From contig OZ024743.1 in the NCBI GenBank assembly GCA_964016885.1, positions 136,152,001 to 136,216,000 on the forward strand: a stretch of DNA of 64,000 nucleotides, in the 5' to 3' direction. Shown here in pieces: positions 60,891-64,000 of the stretch (positions are counted from its first letter, which is position 1; the number at the start of each line of letters is the position of its first letter). This DNA comes from Eledone cirrhosa (lineage: Eukaryota). A program made the translations under genes and the position numbers. A model generated the notes under the pieces. The model was not told where the DNA came from, did no database searches, and saw only the letters and a program-made list of their open reading frames with translations.

Positions 60891-63290
60891 TTTGGTACTT
60901 GGTGCTTGGTGTTTGGTTTTTGATGCTTGGTGTTTGATGCTTGGTGCTTGGTGCTTGGTGTTAAGTGTTTGGGGCTTGGTGCTTGGTGCATGGTGCTTGG
61001 TGTTTGTTGCTTGGTGCCTGGTGCTTGGTGTTTGGTGCTTGGTTCTTGGTGCTTGGTGTTTGGTGCTTGGTATTTGGTGCTTGGTGCTTGGTATTTGGTG
61101 CTTGGTGTTTGGTGCTTGGTGTTCGGTGCTTGGTGCTTGGTGTTTGGTGCTTGGTGTTAGGTGATTGGTGCTTGGTGCTTGGTGTTTGATGTTTGATCCT
61201 TGGTGCTTGGTGTTTGGTGCTTGGTGCTTGGTGTTTGGTGTTTGGTGCTTGCTGCTTGCTGCTTGGTGTTTGGTACTTGGTGATTGGTGCTTGGTGTTGG
61301 GTACTTGGTGCTTGTTGTTTGGTGTTTGGTGCTAGGTGCTTGGTGCTTGGTGCTTGGGGTTTGGTGCTTGGTGCTTGGTGTTTGGTGTTTGGTGCTTGGT
61401 GCTTGGGGCTTGGTGTTTGGTGCTTTGTGCTTGGTGCTTGTTGTTTGGTGCTTGGTGCTTGGTGCTTCGTGTTTGGTGTTTGGTGTTTGGTGCTTGGTGT
61501 TTGGTGCTTGGTGGTTGGTGCTGGGTGGTTGGTGTTTGGTGCTTGGTGCTTGGTGTTTGGTGCTTGGTGCTTGGTGCTTGTTGTTTGGTGCTTGGTGCTT
61601 GGTGCTTGGTCTTTGGTGCTTGGAGTTTGGTGGTTGGTGCTTGGTGCTTGGTGTTTGGTGTTTGGTGTTTGCTGTTTGGTGTTTGCTGTTTGGTGTCTGC
61701 TTTTTGGTGTTTGGTGTTTGCTGTATGGTGTTTGCTGTTTCGTATTTGGTTTTTGCTGTTTGGTGTTTGCTGTTTGCTGTTTGGTGTTTGGTGTTTGGTG
61801 TTTGGTGCTTTGTGCTTGGTGCTTGGTGTTTGGTGTTTGGTGCTTGGTGCTTGGTGTTTGGTGCTTGGTGCTTGGTGTTTGGTGTTTGGTGCTTGGTGCC
61901 TGGTGCTTGTTGTATGCTGTTTGGTGCCTGGTGCTTGGTGTTTGGTGTTTGGTGTTTGGTGCTTGGTGTCTGGTGTTTGGTGTTTGGTGTTTGGTGCTTG
62001 GTGCTTGGTGTTTGGGTTTTGGTGCTTGGTGCTTGGTGTTTGGTGTTTGGTGCTTGGTGTTTGGTGCTTGGTGTTTGGTGCTGAGTGCTTGGTGTTTTGT
62101 GCTTGGTGCGTGGTGCTTGGTGTTTGGTGTTTGGTGCTTGGTGCTTGGTGTTTGGTGTTTGATGCTTGGTGTTTGATGCTTGTTGCTTGGTGCTTGGTGT
62201 TTTGTGTTTGGTGTTTGGTGCTTGGTGTATGTACTTGGTGCTTGGTTCTTGGTGTTTGGTGCTTGGTTCTTGGTGTTTGGTGTTTGGTGCTTGGTGCTTG
62301 GTGTTTGGTACTTGGTGCTTGGTGTTTGGTTTTTGATGCTTCGTGTTTGATGCTTGGTGCTTGGTGCTTGGTGTTAAGTGTTTGGGGCTTGGTGCTTGTT
62401 GCATGGTGCTTGGTGTTTGGTGCTTGGTGCCTGGTGCTTGGTGTTTGGTGCTTGGTGCTTGGTGCTTGGTGTTTGGTGCTTGGTATTTGGTGCTTGGTGC
62501 TTGGTGTTTGGTGCTTGGTGTTTGGTGCTTGCTGTTCGGTGCTTGGTGCTTGGTGTTTGGTGCTTGGTGTTAGGTGATTGGTGCTTGGTGCTTGGTGTTT
62601 TATGTTTGATCCTTGGTGCTTGGTGTTTGGTGCTTGGTGCTTGGTGTTTGGTGTTTGGTGCTTGGTGCCTGGTGCTTGTTGTATGCTGTTTGGTGCTTGG
62701 TGCTTGGTGTTTGGTGTTTGCTGCTTGTTGTCTGGTGTTTGGTGCTTGGTGTTTGGTGTTTGGTGCTTGGTGCTTGGTGCTTGGTATTTGGTGTTTGGTG
62801 CTTGGTGCTTGGTGTTTGTTGTTTGGTGCTGGGTGCTTGGAGTTTGGTTCTTGGTGCTTGGTGCTTAGTGCTTGGTGTTTGGTGTTTGGTGCTTGGTGTT
62901 GGGTGTTTGGTGTTTGATGCTTGGTGTGTGCTGCTTGGTGCTTGGTGCTTGGTGTTTTTTGTTTGGTGCTTGGTGCTTGGTGCCTGGTGCTTGGTGCTTG
63001 GTGCTTGTTGTTTGGTGCTTGGTGCTTGGTGATTAGTGTTTGGTGCTTGGTGCTTGGGGTTTGCTGTTTGGTGCTTGGTGCTTGGTGTTTGGTGTTTGGT
63101 GTTTGGTGCTTGGTGTCTGGTGTTTGGTGTTTGGTGTTTGGTGCTTGGTGCTTGGTGTTTGGGTTTTGGTGCTTGGTGCTTGGTGTTTGGTGTTTGGTGC
63201 TTGGTGTTTGGTGCTTGGTGTTTGGTGCTGAGTGCTTGGTGTTTTGTGCTTGGTGCGTGGTGCTTGGTGTTTGGTGTTTGGCGCTTGGTG
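56990..63290 (-). repeat. Higher-order repeat, offset 5352 bp (~57.0-57.9 kb matches ~62.35-63.3 kb)
   Basis: ORF pairs 57026/62378, 57226/62578, 57569/62921 and 57688/63040. Shared variant GGTGTTTTTTGTTTGG. Confidence 0.9.
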
Positions 63291-64000
63291 CTTGGTGTTT
63301 GGTGTTTGATGCTTGGTGTTTGATGCTTGTTGCTTGGTGCTTGGTGTTTTGTGTTTGGTGTTTCGTGCTTGGTGTATGTACTTGTTGCTTGGTTCTTGGT
63401 GTTTGGTGCTTGGTTCTTGGTGTTTGGTGCTTGGTGCCTGGTGCTTGTTGTATGCTGTTTGGTGCTTGGTGCTTGGTGTTTGGTGTTTGCTGCTTGGTGT
63501 CTGGTGTTTGGTGCTTGGTGTTTGGTGTTTGGTGCTTGGTGCTTGGTGCTTGGTATTTGGTGTTTGGTGCTTGGTGCTTGGTGATTGTTGTTTGGTGCTG
63601 GGTGCTTGGAGTTTGGTGCTTGGTGCTTGGTGCTTAGTGCTTGGTGTTTGGTGTTTGGTGCTTGGTGTTGGGTGTTTGGTGTTTGATGCTTGGTGTGTGC
63701 TGCTTGGTGCTTGGTGCTTGGTGTTTTGTGTTTGGTGCTTGGTGCTTGGTGCCTGGTGCTTGGTGCTTGGTGCTTGTTGTTTGGTGCTTGGTGCTTGGTG
63801 ATTAGTGTTTGGTGCTTGGTGCTTGGGGTTTGCTGTTTGGTGCTTGGTGCTTGGTGTTTGGTGCTTGGTGCTTGGTGTTTGGTGTTTGGTGCTTGGTGCT
63901 TGGTGTTTGGGTTTTGGTGCTTGGTGCTTGGTGTTTGGTGTTTGGTGCTTGGTGTTTGGTGCTTGGTGTTTGGTGCTGAGTGCTTGGTGTTTGGTGTTTG

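Larger units (their letters stand above)
22472..64000 (-). repeat. Same heptamer satellite in inverted orientation (CTTGGTG/TTTGGTG)n, right arm
   Basis: Reverse complement of the left-arm monomer, with shared common variants (TTTGCTG, ATTGGTG, CTTGGGG, CTAGGTG). A is rare on the + strand. About 5,900 monomers; the array runs to the window edge. Confidence 0.99.

Noticed and set aside
1-64000. CRISPR-like array, or diversity-generating/antigenic-variation cassette system
   Set aside because: There is no repeat-plus-unique-spacer structure; the DNA between markers is the same heptamer. No cas, reverse transcriptase, recombinase or expression locus is present.

Overview
The whole 64 kb window is one degenerate heptanucleotide satellite, with monomer CACCAAR (CACCAAG/CACCAAA; reverse strand YTTGGTG). 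I see no genes, RNA genes, transposons, CRISPR array or unique sequence. All ORFs in the track are by-products of a stop-free 7-mer, which reads TKHQAPS-like on one strand and WCLVLGA-like on the other in all three frames. The main landmark is a single spacer-less orientation switch at 22471/22472 (…CACCAAG|CTTGGTG…), centred on a perfect 40-bp palindrome. About 3,200 monomers lie on the + strand to its left and about 5,900 on the - strand to its right. The arms are not mirror copies. Rare variant monomers show nested higher-order structure: 7 bp, 14-28 bp, 224 bp, ~1.1-2 kb cassettes, ~5.2-5.9 kb blocks and ~8.3/13.5 kb blocks. This organisation most resembles eukaryotic centromeric, pericentromeric or subtelomeric satellite DNA (inference; the organism cannot be identified). 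I cannot support a novel protein-coding system. The best candidates for something new are the inversion junction and the recurring ~5.3 kb higher-order period in both arms. Offsets were read by eye from marker variants and duplicated ORF coordinates, so block boundaries are approximate.
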